DNA of 64,000 bases from a virus (lineage: Duplodnaviria; Caudoviricetes): positions 1-64,000 of the IMG/VR virus record IMGVR_UViG_3300005656_000005; one strand, written 5' to 3'. The notes under the pieces were generated by a model, which was given only the letters and a program-made list of their open reading frames with translations, was not told the origin of the DNA and did not search any database. The position numbers and the translations under genes are program-made. Below, in pieces: positions 17,444 to 29,400 of this stretch; within the stretch, counting starts at the first letter, position 1; each line of letters begins with the position of its first letter.

Positions 17444-19444
17444 TTATCCACACAAAAACGATAAAACGCCTCCTAATTCTGGGTTCTTTTTTCTCACCTT
17501 CCTGTTCATTATCTTCATTGCCCCGATTAAGGCTTGTCCCCATGCCATTGTAAGGTCATTTTTATGCGTATCTTTTTTATTGAATTTCAGCATATCTTCT
17601 AACAATGGCAAGAACCAATTTTGTTCTAAATGGTACTTATCTCCTTCGTGCAATGGAGTATTTGTAATGCTATTTAATAGCATTATCATTTCATCCATAA
17701 AAGCATTTTTACCTCCACTTGGAGCATCACCTTTTACCAATGAGTTTTGTGGCAACCCTATTTTGGATAACATCCAATCAATGTAACCCCTGTCTTGAAA
17801 GTAATCTACAATGTTTGAGTTCTTATTTTCTACCTGAACCATAGCCCTGTTAAATACTGCGGCTTTTATTGCATCTTCATAAAATATTTCAGGGTGGCTT
17901 GGCCGGTTACTGTAAATCATTGTTGGGCATTTATAAATACCCGTTTCAAAAAAGTCTAAGAACTTATGATTTACCATTGCTCCATTTGAAAGCCTGTTAC
18001 CTGATGTGTGTCTTTTATCATAGGGGTCAATGCCCAATGAATTACCAACTATTATTGGCGGCATTGGGATTCCATCACTATCTCTTTTTAACGGGTCTTT
18101 TTCATGCTCTAAAGGGATATAGCTGTAACATACTCTTGCGTTATCAACATTAAATTCTGTGGCATCTGACATCCTCCAAACCACTTCTGAATCAACTACT
18201 CCATCCTTCCATTCGTGAATACCGTAAACCGTAATTGGTTCATTTGTTTTTGTGTCTTTTACTTTACTTCCTAAAAGAAGGATATTTCTTTCAGCTATAC
18301 CTTCTGTATTATCCCAAATTCTTACCTGATCTGTACTGCCAAACATCTCATGCTCATTAAGCGGCAAAGCCCTTATTTCACTCATTAAAAACTCTTTTGG
18401 AATAGATTTCCTGTCCTGCATTATTTTTGCATAAATATCCTCTGCATCTGCATCACCCCATTTATCATACATACCTTCAATTCCTTCCAATGGATTTGAA
18501 TAATATCTGAATACTCTTGTTTTAGTTGAACCGGCCTCTGTTAATTCATCCGGGTTACTACCCTTCCAAAATTCAAAGGCTTCATCATTATGCTTTCCTG
18601 ATGTATCTGCGGGAGAAGAAAATATATCAAATATTCCTTTTCGTTCTGTTCCAGGTGCAATGAATTTCTGATAGTTTAAGAACGTAGCGTAAAAACTACA
18701 TTCCTCCCATTTATTCACTTCATCCAATACGCACCTTCGCATATTATTCATGGAATCAAATACATTGTGTCCTGATGCTCCATAAGTAAGTAAAATATCC
18801 CTGCCCTGATGGGTGTCGGTAGCCGTACTTACAAATTTCATTTTTTCAGCGATCTTATCCCCACTGGCAAAATCGGCAAACAGAATATCCTTTACCCATT
18901 TATCCATACTGTTCCATCCCATTGTTAAAACTCTCCAGCATGAGTTCATAACAGTATCCCTTGTCTTTGATTGAATACCTACTGATGCAAAGTCCATATT
19001 ACCTATGGCTGATTCCCAAAGCACATCACTCATGCTTATGGTTGTTTCACCGTCCTGCCGGTTTTTGATTGTATAACTTCCTATGGCTCTTGGATTATTT
19101 CTTACCCTTAGTTTATGGTAAACCTGCTTTAATCTTTTCAATCTAAATTCAGGATAACCAGATCCCATTCTGAAATTCTGTAAAAAAAAGTAATAGGATG
19201 GTGGCAACCAAACAGGCATCTCTTTTATGAAAATCCAAACTCCTGTCTTTAATATTCTGGTTACTTCCTGCTGCTTGTATCTTTCTGTAACTACATCCGG
19301 CACTACCCTTTTCCAAACACATTCTTCCGGTGGTTTATCCCAATTAATTATTTCCTCCAATCTTGTAGGCGCAGTTTTCCAAACATCCTTGTAGTCAAGG
19401 ATATTGAATTTAACTTTAAAGCCTGTTATTGGGTCTGCTTTCAT
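17444..19444 (-). CDS. terL: Terminase large subunit
   Basis: KNRQDGETT Walker-A-like, RCVLDEVNKW Walker B, IFSSP coupling motif, GIDPYD and DLTMAWG nuclease motifs. Confidence 0.9.
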   Translation of the reverse strand: MKADPITGFKVKFNILDYKDVWKTAPTRLEEIINWDKPPEECVWKRVVPDVVTERYKQQEVTRILKTGVWIFIKEMPVWLPPSYYFFLQNFRMGSGYPEFRLKRLKQVYHKLRVRNNPRAIGSYTIKNRQDGETTISMSDVLWESAIGNMDFASVGIQSKTRDTVMNSCWRVLTMGWNSMDKWVKDILFADFASGDKIAEKMKFVSTATDTHQGRDILLTYGASGHNVFDSMNNMRRCVLDEVNKWEECSFYATFLNYQKFIAPGTERKGIFDIFSSPADTSGKHNDEAFEFWKGSNPDELTEAGSTKTRVFRYYSNPLEGIEGMYDKWGDADAEDIYAKIMQDRKSIPKEFLMSEIRALPLNEHEMFGSTDQVRIWDNTEGIAERNILLLGSKVKDTKTNEPITVYGIHEWKDGVVDSEVVWRMSDATEFNVDNARVCYSYIPLEHEKDPLKRDSDGIPMPPIIVGNSLGIDPYDKRHTSGNRLSNGAMVNHKFLDFFETGIYKCPTMIYSNRPSHPEIFYEDAIKAAVFNRAMVQVENKNSNIVDYFQDRGYIDWMLSKIGLPQNSLVKGDAPSGGKNAFMDEMIMLLNSITNTPLHEGDKYHLEQNWFLPLLEDMLKFNKKDTHKNDLTMAWGQALIGAMKIMNRKVRKKNPELGGVLSFLCG

Positions 19445-19782
19445 TAATCGGAACCTGTTTTTGGAATTGATGTAACTATTTTACCAACGCTACTTTGCAT
19501 CTCAATTATCTTTGCCCATATTTCCTGGTTGCTGTGTACCTTTTCATTACCTGTTTTGCCTGTCAACTGGTTATTCAAATCCTCTACATATTTTAAACGT
19601 GCTTTCAGGTTTTTTAAAAACTTCATTTCATCCCTGTTTAATTCTTCCTGTAAAGCAATTTCTTCCGGGCTTTTATCACTGGTGTCCTGAATAAGTAATT
19701 TTTCCAGATACTTTAATTCCCTTTCAACAAAAAGTTCTTTAAACTCCTGTATCAATTCTTCTGCTGTTTTTTTTCTTGCCAT
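19444..19782 (-). CDS. Helical protein, possible terminase small subunit
   Basis: 112 aa between portal and terL, translationally coupled. Confidence 0.4.
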   Translation of the reverse strand: MARKKTAEELIQEFKELFVERELKYLEKLLIQDTSDKSPEEIALQEELNRDEMKFLKNLKARLKYVEDLNNQLTGKTGNEKVHSNQEIWAKIIEMQSSVGKIVTSIPKTGSD

Positions 19783-19784
19783 TG

Positions 19785-22115
19785 TTATTGAGCCTGTAAA
19801 GCATTTTGTTGTTGAAGATTATTTTTAACAGTAAGGGTTTCAATGTTCTTATCTGTCTGCGCTTTATTCCTGTCTTTCTGTAATTGATTTTTTATCAGCC
19901 CTTCCATTTGAATTTCGCTCATACCTAACTGTCCTGCTAACTGTGTTATCTGTGCCTGTACAGTTCCTTTGGCATAGGTGTTTTTAATATTTCCTTCTGC
20001 TTCTGCCGCTTTAGATGCGACTTGGTTTTCTCCCTGCTGCTTAATCAATTCCTGTGATTGCTCAAATTGCTGCTGCCTTATTTCATCGGCACGTTTTTTA
20101 AATTGCTGCTCTTTAACTGCAATAAATGCCCATTGGTCTTTCGGATTAGCAATGTTATTAACCATAAATGAATCGGATGCTGATAATACACCGGCCTGTT
20201 CTAATTGTGTCAGTTTATTTTTGAATAACTGCCTTTCTTCTTCACGCTGTTTTATTTTTACAAATACTCCTATTTCATGCAGTGGTGCATCCTTTAACCC
20301 GTCAATAACACTTACTTTTTTTGCGCCAATTACATTTTCAATAGCTTTTTTGGGTTTTCCTCCTTTTCTGATCGCATCCTGAACAATACTTGCCCATGTT
20401 GAAAATAATGCTTGCATCTGAAACTCTACGCCTTCGTTACAATAATGAAGTGCGTTTATACTTGCATTGATAAGTAGTTTCTGCAATCCTATTAAACCTT
20501 CTTCATTTGCACTTTGTCCAGTAAGTTGTTGGTTAACTCCTGTGATACGGGAAATATTTATATTGGCTGCTGCAATGATATTCATGTACCCGATTATTTC
20601 TGATTTTAAACCTCCGGGTATATCAATAAACGGTTTAAACTGACCATCATTTTTACCATCAAACCCTTCGGTATCTCCAAGCATAATATTCTGTTCCCAT
20701 GCAAGGGTTAAAAGCCTTTCCATTGTCCAGTCATTTGCATCATCTTTAAGGCTTTCTAAAGCACTACGCATATACCTTAAATCAAAATAACCTCCACCTG
20801 GTTTTGACATGATAACTGCGTGTTGCAATTTAATATCTGCTATCTGTGCTTTTTTATTTTCACCTATTGATAATTCAACAGCACTTTTTTCCTGACTTTT
20901 ATAAATGTTGGTAGAAAAGTTTTGATAGCTTTCTTTACCCTTTGTTCTTTGTGAATATGGCAGTTTGTGCATACCAAATACTTTTTCTGTATTTTGCAGC
21001 CACCAGAAACCGTATGTATTTTGCGCCCATATTTTTTCTGTTGCTTTATCCGGGTCTGTTGTGAATGTAGAAAACCTGCTATTCTTTCTTTTGCTTATGC
21101 CAATCCAATCAATTGTTTTTACTTCCACATACAGCAAATTCATTTTCCATGTATCCCAATTATTTCTTGGCTGCTTTTCAATTTTATTACAAAAGCAATA
21201 TCCCCATTGAGCATTATTTATTAGTTCTTCCAATTCTTTTTCACTCCCGATTTCACTTCCGAAATAATCAAATAACTGCATTGGCGTAACTGCCTTTGGA
21301 ATTATCCTGTGGGTATTATCTGAATAGTCCGGCAACTCACTGTATGGTGTAAGTACCGAACCTGGATATTCGTATTCGGCATCCGGCAATCCTGTCAAAT
21401 CATTTTCATAAGCACTATGGCATGAAACCCCGTATTTCATGTGGTCTTTAATCTCCATCAACTTTAACTGGTTTATCTTTTTAAGTTCTTTAAAATATTC
21501 CAGTATTGTTTCAAATGCGGTTTCAATTTTTAATGAATAAATCAGGTTGATAAATATATCAAGTTCGTCATTATTGGTTAAGTCCAAACCGAATGGGCTA
21601 TCTGAAAATTCTACCGAAGCGTTTTCGGTAGTGCCTAAATCTACCTTACCTAAATTCAACCTGTCCTGTACATCCTGTAATTCCAATTCAACTGCTGCCT
21701 TATTCTTTAAAAAGTTTACATCACTTTGTTTCTTTTCAATAGCCAACGGATCTACAGCAACGCATGATATTTCAATGGGTATTTTTTGAATGATAGAAAT
21801 TGCGCTATTTAATTTCTCTGGTATAAGCGGGTAACAATAATAATCAATGCCTATGGCTGTTCTTTTATTCTCCAATGTATTTGCATTGGAGTTTTGCAAT
21901 AGCCGCTTTTGTTCTGACTTGAAAATCTTTTTAAATGGAAGCAGGTCAAATTCCCCTGCTGCATATTGCTCAATTTCACGTACATTTTTCCCTTCCAGTA
22001 AAGAAAATGTAGCAGTATTATGCCAGTAGTAATTAATTACAGAAAGTGCAAAATCTTTACCAGAAACCTTATCAAGCGGGTTTAAAAAGTGAAATGACGG
22101 AATGAAATTTGCCAT
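19785..22115 (-). CDS. Portal protein (crAss-like type)
   Basis: 776 aa next to terL; KLQHAVIMSKPGG, QLTGQS and Gln-rich C-terminal coiled-coil barrel. Confidence 0.8.
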   Translation of the reverse strand: MANFIPSFHFLNPLDKVSGKDFALSVINYYWHNTATFSLLEGKNVREIEQYAAGEFDLLPFKKIFKSEQKRLLQNSNANTLENKRTAIGIDYYCYPLIPEKLNSAISIIQKIPIEISCVAVDPLAIEKKQSDVNFLKNKAAVELELQDVQDRLNLGKVDLGTTENASVEFSDSPFGLDLTNNDELDIFINLIYSLKIETAFETILEYFKELKKINQLKLMEIKDHMKYGVSCHSAYENDLTGLPDAEYEYPGSVLTPYSELPDYSDNTHRIIPKAVTPMQLFDYFGSEIGSEKELEELINNAQWGYCFCNKIEKQPRNNWDTWKMNLLYVEVKTIDWIGISKRKNSRFSTFTTDPDKATEKIWAQNTYGFWWLQNTEKVFGMHKLPYSQRTKGKESYQNFSTNIYKSQEKSAVELSIGENKKAQIADIKLQHAVIMSKPGGGYFDLRYMRSALESLKDDANDWTMERLLTLAWEQNIMLGDTEGFDGKNDGQFKPFIDIPGGLKSEIIGYMNIIAAANINISRITGVNQQLTGQSANEEGLIGLQKLLINASINALHYCNEGVEFQMQALFSTWASIVQDAIRKGGKPKKAIENVIGAKKVSVIDGLKDAPLHEIGVFVKIKQREEERQLFKNKLTQLEQAGVLSASDSFMVNNIANPKDQWAFIAVKEQQFKKRADEIRQQQFEQSQELIKQQGENQVASKAAEAEGNIKNTYAKGTVQAQITQLAGQLGMSEIQMEGLIKNQLQKDRNKAQTDKNIETLTVKNNLQQQNALQAQ

Positions 22116-22127
22116 GATTTTTATAGT

Positions 22128-22820
22128 TTAACTTGCTTTTTGTTTAATTATATTTTTTGTCCTAATTGGTTTTTCAAATATATCTTTTACATTCCACCCT
22201 TGCTTATACCTATCACGTATAACATTAACGTCAATATTTAATATTTCAGCCCATTTAGATGTATTGTTCTTTTGACCTTTATATGATATAAGTATAGCAT
22301 TTTTTCTATACTGCATATTTTCTTTTCTCGTTAAAAAGCAACAATACTTTGGAGAGTATATTTTGCCTGTTTTATTTGGGGATAACTTATCTTTATCAAG
22401 CTGTAATCCAGGTTTCCACCCATTTGCTACCGCCCAATTATAAAATGCCATGCAAGATTCTCTCCATTCTTTACAAACTGTAACCCCATTACCTCCATAA
22501 TTTTTATACCCAATACTTTTTTCCCTATAGCATCTGCTAATCATATTATTCCATACCGAAAACAAAGGGTGTTTATTAAGGCCATGCTGAAAATTGGCGG
22601 GGTTCTTTTCGTTTTTAGCCAATACCATTTCTATTCTTTTGCACCCACAAGACTTAGTACTACCGCTTGTTAAATGACCTAATTGGTAATTCTTTATTAC
22701 CCCACAATCACAAACTGCAATTACATAAACTCTACCGTTTATCTTTTCAGTTAACCCAGTTATTGTAAGCCGATTAAACCGATTACCTATTAATTCTTGT
22801 TCTTTTAATACTTTGGGCAT
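22128..22820 (-). CDS. HNH-type homing endonuclease-like protein
   Basis: GNRFNRLT..CDCG..TKSCGC..WNNMISRC..NYGGNGVTVC..W..YSP..CC. Confidence 0.8.
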   Translation of the reverse strand: MPKVLKEQELIGNRFNRLTITGLTEKINGRVYVIAVCDCGVIKNYQLGHLTSGSTKSCGCKRIEMVLAKNEKNPANFQHGLNKHPLFSVWNNMISRCYREKSIGYKNYGGNGVTVCKEWRESCMAFYNWAVANGWKPGLQLDKDKLSPNKTGKIYSPKYCCFLTRKENMQYRKNAILISYKGQKNNTSKWAEILNIDVNVIRDRYKQGWNVKDIFEKPIRTKNIIKQKAS

Positions 22821-22830
22821 ACCTTATATT

Positions 22831-23262
22831 TTACGCTGTAAATAACTTGTTTGGTTGTTTATTATTCTCTACCCCGCTTAACTTTAATAACCGTTGTCTT
22901 TTTTCTTCCATTACTTCATTAAGATTTTTTACCATTAAGTTGTAACTCATTTTTATGGTTTCGATCTTAGCTGTTTTTGCAAGTGCCTCAAACAAATCTT
23001 TATACAGATCAGATAACGGTACTGCTGATATTTGATTAAGCACAAGTGCTACTTCCATGTTGGTTAAATCTTCCACTTTGGTCTTAGCCAGTTTCTTTAT
23101 TACATCTGCCGGTATTCTGTGTGATGCCGGGGCAAGTCTGAATATTGCCTTTTTAAATATTTCCATTATGTCATTGGGTAGTTTATCCCCTTCGTAAACT
23201 GCATCATTCCATTTTTTAAATTCCAAATCAATTTGCTGATTAATTTCTGTTTCTGTTGTCAT
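22831..23262 (-). CDS. Hypothetical protein
   Basis: 143-aa helical ORF. Confidence 0.7.
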   Translation of the reverse strand: MTTETEINQQIDLEFKKWNDAVYEGDKLPNDIMEIFKKAIFRLAPASHRIPADVIKKLAKTKVEDLTNMEVALVLNQISAVPLSDLYKDLFEALAKTAKIETIKMSYNLMVKNLNEVMEEKRQRLLKLSGVENNKQPNKLFTA

Positions 23263-23291
23263 GTCGTTTCGTTTTTATTTTAAATTTGAAA

Positions 23292-23432
23292 TTACTTCTT
23301 TTTAGCCGATACTTTTTTAGGTAGCTTCCCTTTGGTTACTGACTGCCATTTATTGCAATCCCAACTTCCATTCTTCCCTTTGGCTTTAAGGGAGAAACAA
23401 AGTCGTTGCTGTGATTTTGAAACAAAAGGCAT
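23292..23432 (-). CDS. 46-aa basic phage protein (not in ORF track)
   Basis: MPFVSKSQQRLCF...W...TKGKLPKKV resembles the MPFxSxAQ small phage family. Confidence 0.7.
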   Translation of the reverse strand: MPFVSKSQQRLCFSLKAKGKNGSWDCNKWQSVTKGKLPKKVSAKKK

Positions 23433-23479
23433 TTCGTTTAATTTTAAAAGTTACCAATTATCTTTCTTTGAAAACCTGT

Positions 23480-26400
23480 TTACTTTTTATTCAAATCATA
23501 CGTTTGCGTACCAACGCCAAAAATAGAAGTAACGCCAACTGTAAATATTGCTTTAACCCCCTGATCTTTTATTGCTTCCATTAGTCCGGTAAATACCAAT
23601 GGAGTTAAATGTTCTTTTAAGTATCTATCTACGCTTACCTCTTTATCATCTTCCTTTGCTCCCCAATTCATTACTACTTTATCGCCAATTGTTGTTCTAC
23701 CTGAAAACATATCAATTGCCATTGCCGGTACAGGTGCTAACTTGCCTCTGGCAAAACTTAAGATAATATCAGCCCTTGTTTTTCCAAATGGCCCTTCTCC
23801 TGTTAGGTCAAATATTTTTCCGCTATTTGCTGATTTTCGTTGTCCACTTATTGCTTGGGCTGCTACTCTTACATATTGCTGAAATCCACCCCAAATATCC
23901 CATCTTGTATTGCCTTGTTTTATCTTTCCAAAATCGGAACTTCTTGGGTCTGTTTCTACCGTTATTTTATCTTCATCATCATCTTCACCACCGGCAAAAG
24001 AAAATAATCCTAAAACTAACATCCCTAATCCTATAAACTTACCCATATCTTTAAAATACGCCTCACGAACTTCTTTAGGAACTGTTTTATAAAATCTTGG
24101 TTGTGCCAAATAAGTAAGCATATTTAATCTTGATGCAATTAATCTGGGTGAGAAGAATAATGAATTAAGAAGCGGTGCAATTTTATTTAATTTTTCACCT
24201 ACATTACCCCTGCCTGTGGAATTGTTTACGTAGTCAGCCATTTGCTTATATTGTTCTGGACTGTTTTCAAATGTCAAACCTCTTTCCTGCATTGCATCTG
24301 CAAATCTATTAAACACATCAACTCTCATTTTATTTAAGAACATAGAATAGGAGCGTTCACTACCTTTTACAAGATTAGTTCCAGGAATTTTAACTTTCCC
24401 GATATTCAACGTCTTGCCGATTATAGGTATTTTTTCTGCAAGGCTACTCATAAATCCTTCCTCCCTTGCACTAAGTAATGGATTAGTACTGTCTGTTATT
24501 CCTAAACCTGATTCTTCCATTAATGCAAAACGTGGAGTTTCTTTTAAATCAAAAAACCACCTGTCATACATTTTTTGCGATACCCCTGCTTTTATCATAT
24601 CGGCTGCTGCACCACCTAATTTTATTTTACCGTCTTGCATCCCTACATTAAATACTAATGATGGATGTGAAATAGTTTGCACTATACCTTGTCTTAGCAT
24701 TGCTGAATAATCAACTATGGTCATTAATGTACGTGGTATATTGAATATTTCTGCTACCCCTTTTTGCGCCTTTTCCCAATTTGATAAATTTTGTTGTTGT
24801 TGTTTTATTATTCTTAACTGCCTATCCATTTTTAACTTTACCATTTTATCCTTTAAGTCCAATGCTTCTTTATCAAGTTTAATTGGGTCTTTTTTAATTG
24901 GTATGTCAAAGTTTCCAGTAGCTAAATCATTTTCAAGTTCCTTTATCTTATTAGCAGTTCTTGTTTTAAATGTTTGCAAAGCAATTTCTTCTGGTGTTTT
25001 CTTCCCTAATTCACGAATACGTTCTTTTTGCTCTTGTGTTGCTTTTTTTAATCGTTCTTTTTCAATTTTACTTTGCTCTTTTTCAAATTCTCTAATAAGC
25101 CGTTCTTCCTCTTTTTGTGCTTCCTTTATTTTATTTGCAGCCTCCCGTTTTTCATTTCCGAACTCTTTTATTTTATTACGTAGGCTTTCTATTTCTTGAT
25201 TTCTTTTTATTTTCTGTCTTTCATTAGTTGGTTCTATCCCATTAATTAAATTTGAAAGTCTTGTAATTAATTTTGCTTCCTCCCTTAAATCAAAAATAGC
25301 GGCTGAAATTTCATTCCTTGTTTTTCTTTTCCCATTATAATTACCGGCAATAATATCATGTACATCTTGTTCTGTTATTTGCGGGATATACGCCTGTAAT
25401 TCTTGCTGAATATTTGTTATAATATCCCCTAATTTTGAAATACCTTCTTCTACATAACTTTTCATTAATCTGGTTACGTCTGGAGCAATAGCAAATAATT
25501 CTTTAGCGTATGGAATTGGGGTAACATTAAATTCACCTCTTGCTTTTTTAAGTTTTTCGCTAATACTTTCTTCAATCTTTTTTCTTTCAGCTACATAATC
25601 ATCATGTGTCTTTTTTGTTTTCTTTGAAGATATTTTTGTCTTTTTTACTACTTCTATAGATTCCTTTTTTGTATCATCTGATTCTAATTTAGAAATCTTT
25701 TCATTATATGCTGCTTCTGCTGCTTTAATTTCCTCATACTCTTTTATTACCTGTTCTTTTTGTTTTTCGGTAAGTGGTGCATTTTGGTTAAGTTCAATTT
25801 CCTGCACAAGCATCCCTGCCATACTATCATCAACTGGAATTAACCCTTTTCTTGCAACTAAACTCTTAGCTACTTCCCTACCACCCATTATATCACTAAG
25901 GTCTTTGGCTTCTTTGTATTCATTAAGTAATTCATTGGTAGGAGAAACATTAATCCTGGCTTTAAGGGAGGCTAAATAACGCATCATCATCCTTTGGTCA
26001 TACTTATCTGCCTCTACGCCACTTTTTAACTTATTAAGCATCTTAGAAATAGCCTGTGTATCTTCTTTTATCCGCTTGTCAACCTCGGCATCCCATTCCG
26101 CCATAGTTTCTGGTTTTGTATCATAGGTAGGCAATCCTAATTCTGCGGCAACCGCATCCGTTTCGGCATGAGTAATTCCGGTTAATTCTCCCTCACCTTC
26201 TACTGGTTCTCTTTTGGGTTTAGCCTCCTTTGGTTTTGGCTGCTCCTGTTCTTCATCTCTTAAAATATCTGCTGCTGCACGTTTAGTAAATTCATCAAAG
26301 GTTAGGTTCTGTAATTCTGCTGCTGTAATATCCTTAAACCCTGCGGCTGCTTTTATTTTATTCCAAAGGTTATTTAACCACTCTTTGAAATCTTTTTTTC

Positions 26401-29400
26401 TTGTTTCTCCTACAAACTGCGCTCCCTTATCTCCTATTGCCATTGCAAGGGCTTCATGCTTCATGTAATCACTGTATTCTTTGCTTCCTTCGCTACCAAG
26501 TTTTGATGCCTCTGCTTTATAAAATTCATTGTTTCTTACTTCTTTAAGGTACTTTGAATTTTCGGTTAGTTGCATACCCCTGTTATATACTTCGGTATTA
26601 TTCAGTTTTGCCCATTCAGTCCATATATGGCTTGCTTCGTGTATCGGTGTGTTAGTGTTAATTTCTGCCCCGTTCAAATAAATTTTCCCATCATGCGAAA
26701 AACCCAAAATTTTCCCATCAGGCGACTTCATAAACATCGGCAACCCCGTTTCAACCTGTTCTTTCATTTCTGGTGTTATATCTACTGAATGTTGAGTGGA
26801 TTCATTTATTTCACCAGTTTTAGTTTGTGTATCTATGGCAGCACTTTTAAACTCTGCAATAGCTTCGGAAGCGGAATTACCACCAACAGCCATCATAAAT
26901 CCACTTGGGTCTTTTACAATCCAATCTCCTTTTTCTACAACATCTTCTCCAGGCATACCAGAAATATCCTGTGTCCCATCATATTGAAATGCAGTTAAAT
27001 TTTCATTCTTCCCTTTATTTATTGTTACTGTTTTCGGTTCCTGCTTAAACAAACTCTTTGCTACGTTACCTACTATGCCTAATTTATTTTTTGCAGGATT
27101 ACCGTAAAAGCCTGTCATGCCTTCACCACCTACTTTTAAATCATTGCCTTGAAATTTAGCCGCATATTTTGCTGACATAACCTTCTCTGCCATATCCTTG
27201 CCTATAACTTCTGACAAAGGTTTTCCATAATATACCTCTGGGCTTACTCCCGGACTTTTTTGTTGTGCTACTTTACCTGTCGCTTTATCAACAGTTAATG
27301 CGTGTATTCCACCTGCTTTTAAGCTGATAGTTATATCAATGGTATTATCTTCCTCATTTACTCTATTTTCTGCATGACGTTGAATGTAGTCAACCTGTTT
27401 TGAAAGGTCGTAGCGTTCTGCCTGTTGTTCTCCAGTAGTCCATGCTATTTTATCAGCACCTTGTTTTACTGCTTCTTTCAATGCTACTTTAAAGGCAAGT
27501 TTAGTCCATGCGTTTGTATCGGTTACGAATGGAGCAGATGGAATTAATGTAGTTTTTGAATTATTACTCATGTAGTCATTAACCATCCCTTGTGCTTCTT
27601 CTTTAGTCTTAGCTAACAATCCCCACGTATCGCCCTGTGCATCATATATCTGAAATCCACCCCTCTCTGGTACAATTTTAAAATTACCACCTTTGTCAAA
27701 CCCCTTCTTTCTGCCAACCTCACCCCAATCACTTTGCAGTTCTTCGATGAACAAAACTTTTTTACCTTCTGCATCTAACCGGGTATTCATTCTTACATGG
27801 GCAAGTATGTTGGGTTCTGACCAGTGATTAGATTTGAATACACGATCTCCAATTTGCTGCGGAATCCCTTTATATCGTTCTTTATCTTTTTCAAATGACT
27901 TCTTAACTAATGTAAGAGCAGCATCCGAAAGATCTTCAAGTTCTGTTAAGTAATTACCACGCCTCTTTTCATCGGCATACCATCTTTCAAATGACATTGA
28001 ACTTACTTCAATAGCTTTTTCCGGCATTGTAATCAATACCTCTTTGTAGTTTGTTTTTTCACCTGGTAGTTGATAGCCTGAATACTTTGGATCGCTTTCA
28101 TCATTTGATCTCCCCCCGTCTGATATTTCAGATATTTCATAATGCTGTTCAGCTAATTCTTTAACCCTGGCTGGCAATGCTTCATATTCGGCATCATCAT
28201 AAATATCTTCACCTTTTTTATTTTGAACGAACCAATCACCAGACATATCCGCACTCATTCCATAACCAAGAGAACGCAGTTCGTTTCTAATATCTTCAAG
28301 TTTTTCAGCATTTGATTTTTCATCACCAATCTTTCCCCCTTTTACTACTTCAACTACTTCAATACGGTTTTCTTTCAAAAACTTTTGAATATCAGATTTT
28401 GATACAGAACCTGTTTGTGAATTTAGCCAATCGGTTAACCCAGTCCACTTAGCTTCTTCTCCTTTGAATTTATCTGCCCATTGTTTTGCAGGTAGTTTAT
28501 CACCTTTAAATTCGTTAATAGTTTTTTCCAGTGGTGAGTAAAATCCGTTCACCACATCTACATCAACACGCTTAACTGTTGCTTTTTTACCATTGGGCAT
28601 TGTCATTTGAAAACTTGCACTATCTCCATCCTTAACCACACTATCATACTTCTGCATTAATGCTTTTTCATCTTTAGCAATAAATACTTTACTTGCTGCT
28701 GTACCTCCAAATAAACGGGATAGGAATTTACCTACTCTACCAATTACACCACCTGTTACTTCAATGGGTGTGCTTTCTTTTGTTTTGTAAAATTCATTGT
28801 AAGCCTTTTCTACAAGGTCTTTCATTTCTTGGGAGTTATCACCCAGTTCTTTTGCTACATCGTTCTGTATGTCCTGTAATGATGCTGTACCTTCATCCAC
28901 ATAGTCTTTTACAATATCCTTCATGTCGGATATTTCCTGTGTGGTTGGTGATTGAATTGAAAATAGGGATTGTTGGGCTTTGTCGCCTTGTATTAAATCT
29001 TTTTCACGTAAAAGGTGCTTGGCTAATTTATCATTTACAGATGCCAGTTCACCACGTTTTGTTTCAAGTTGTTTTTGGTAAGCATCTTTAACTCCATTTA
29101 CATTATTTTCAAAATCTAATGCAGCTTTATCAACAGCTTCTTTGGTGTTCTCTCCTTTTATAAGTGACCGAATGGCTTTGTCTTTAAGTCCTGTCCATCC
29201 AGTTTTTTTACTTGGGTTAACTGCCAGTTTTAATTCTGTCTGTTGTTCTTCAATTTCCCTTAATTCTTTTTCCCACTGAATACGGTTTGCACTTTTATTT
29301 ACTACCCTATCAAGATTTAATGGTTCTTCCGGGGTGAACTTTGCATTGTTGATACTACGGTTTAAAGTGTTTGAGGCATTGGCTAAATCTTTATCTGTTG

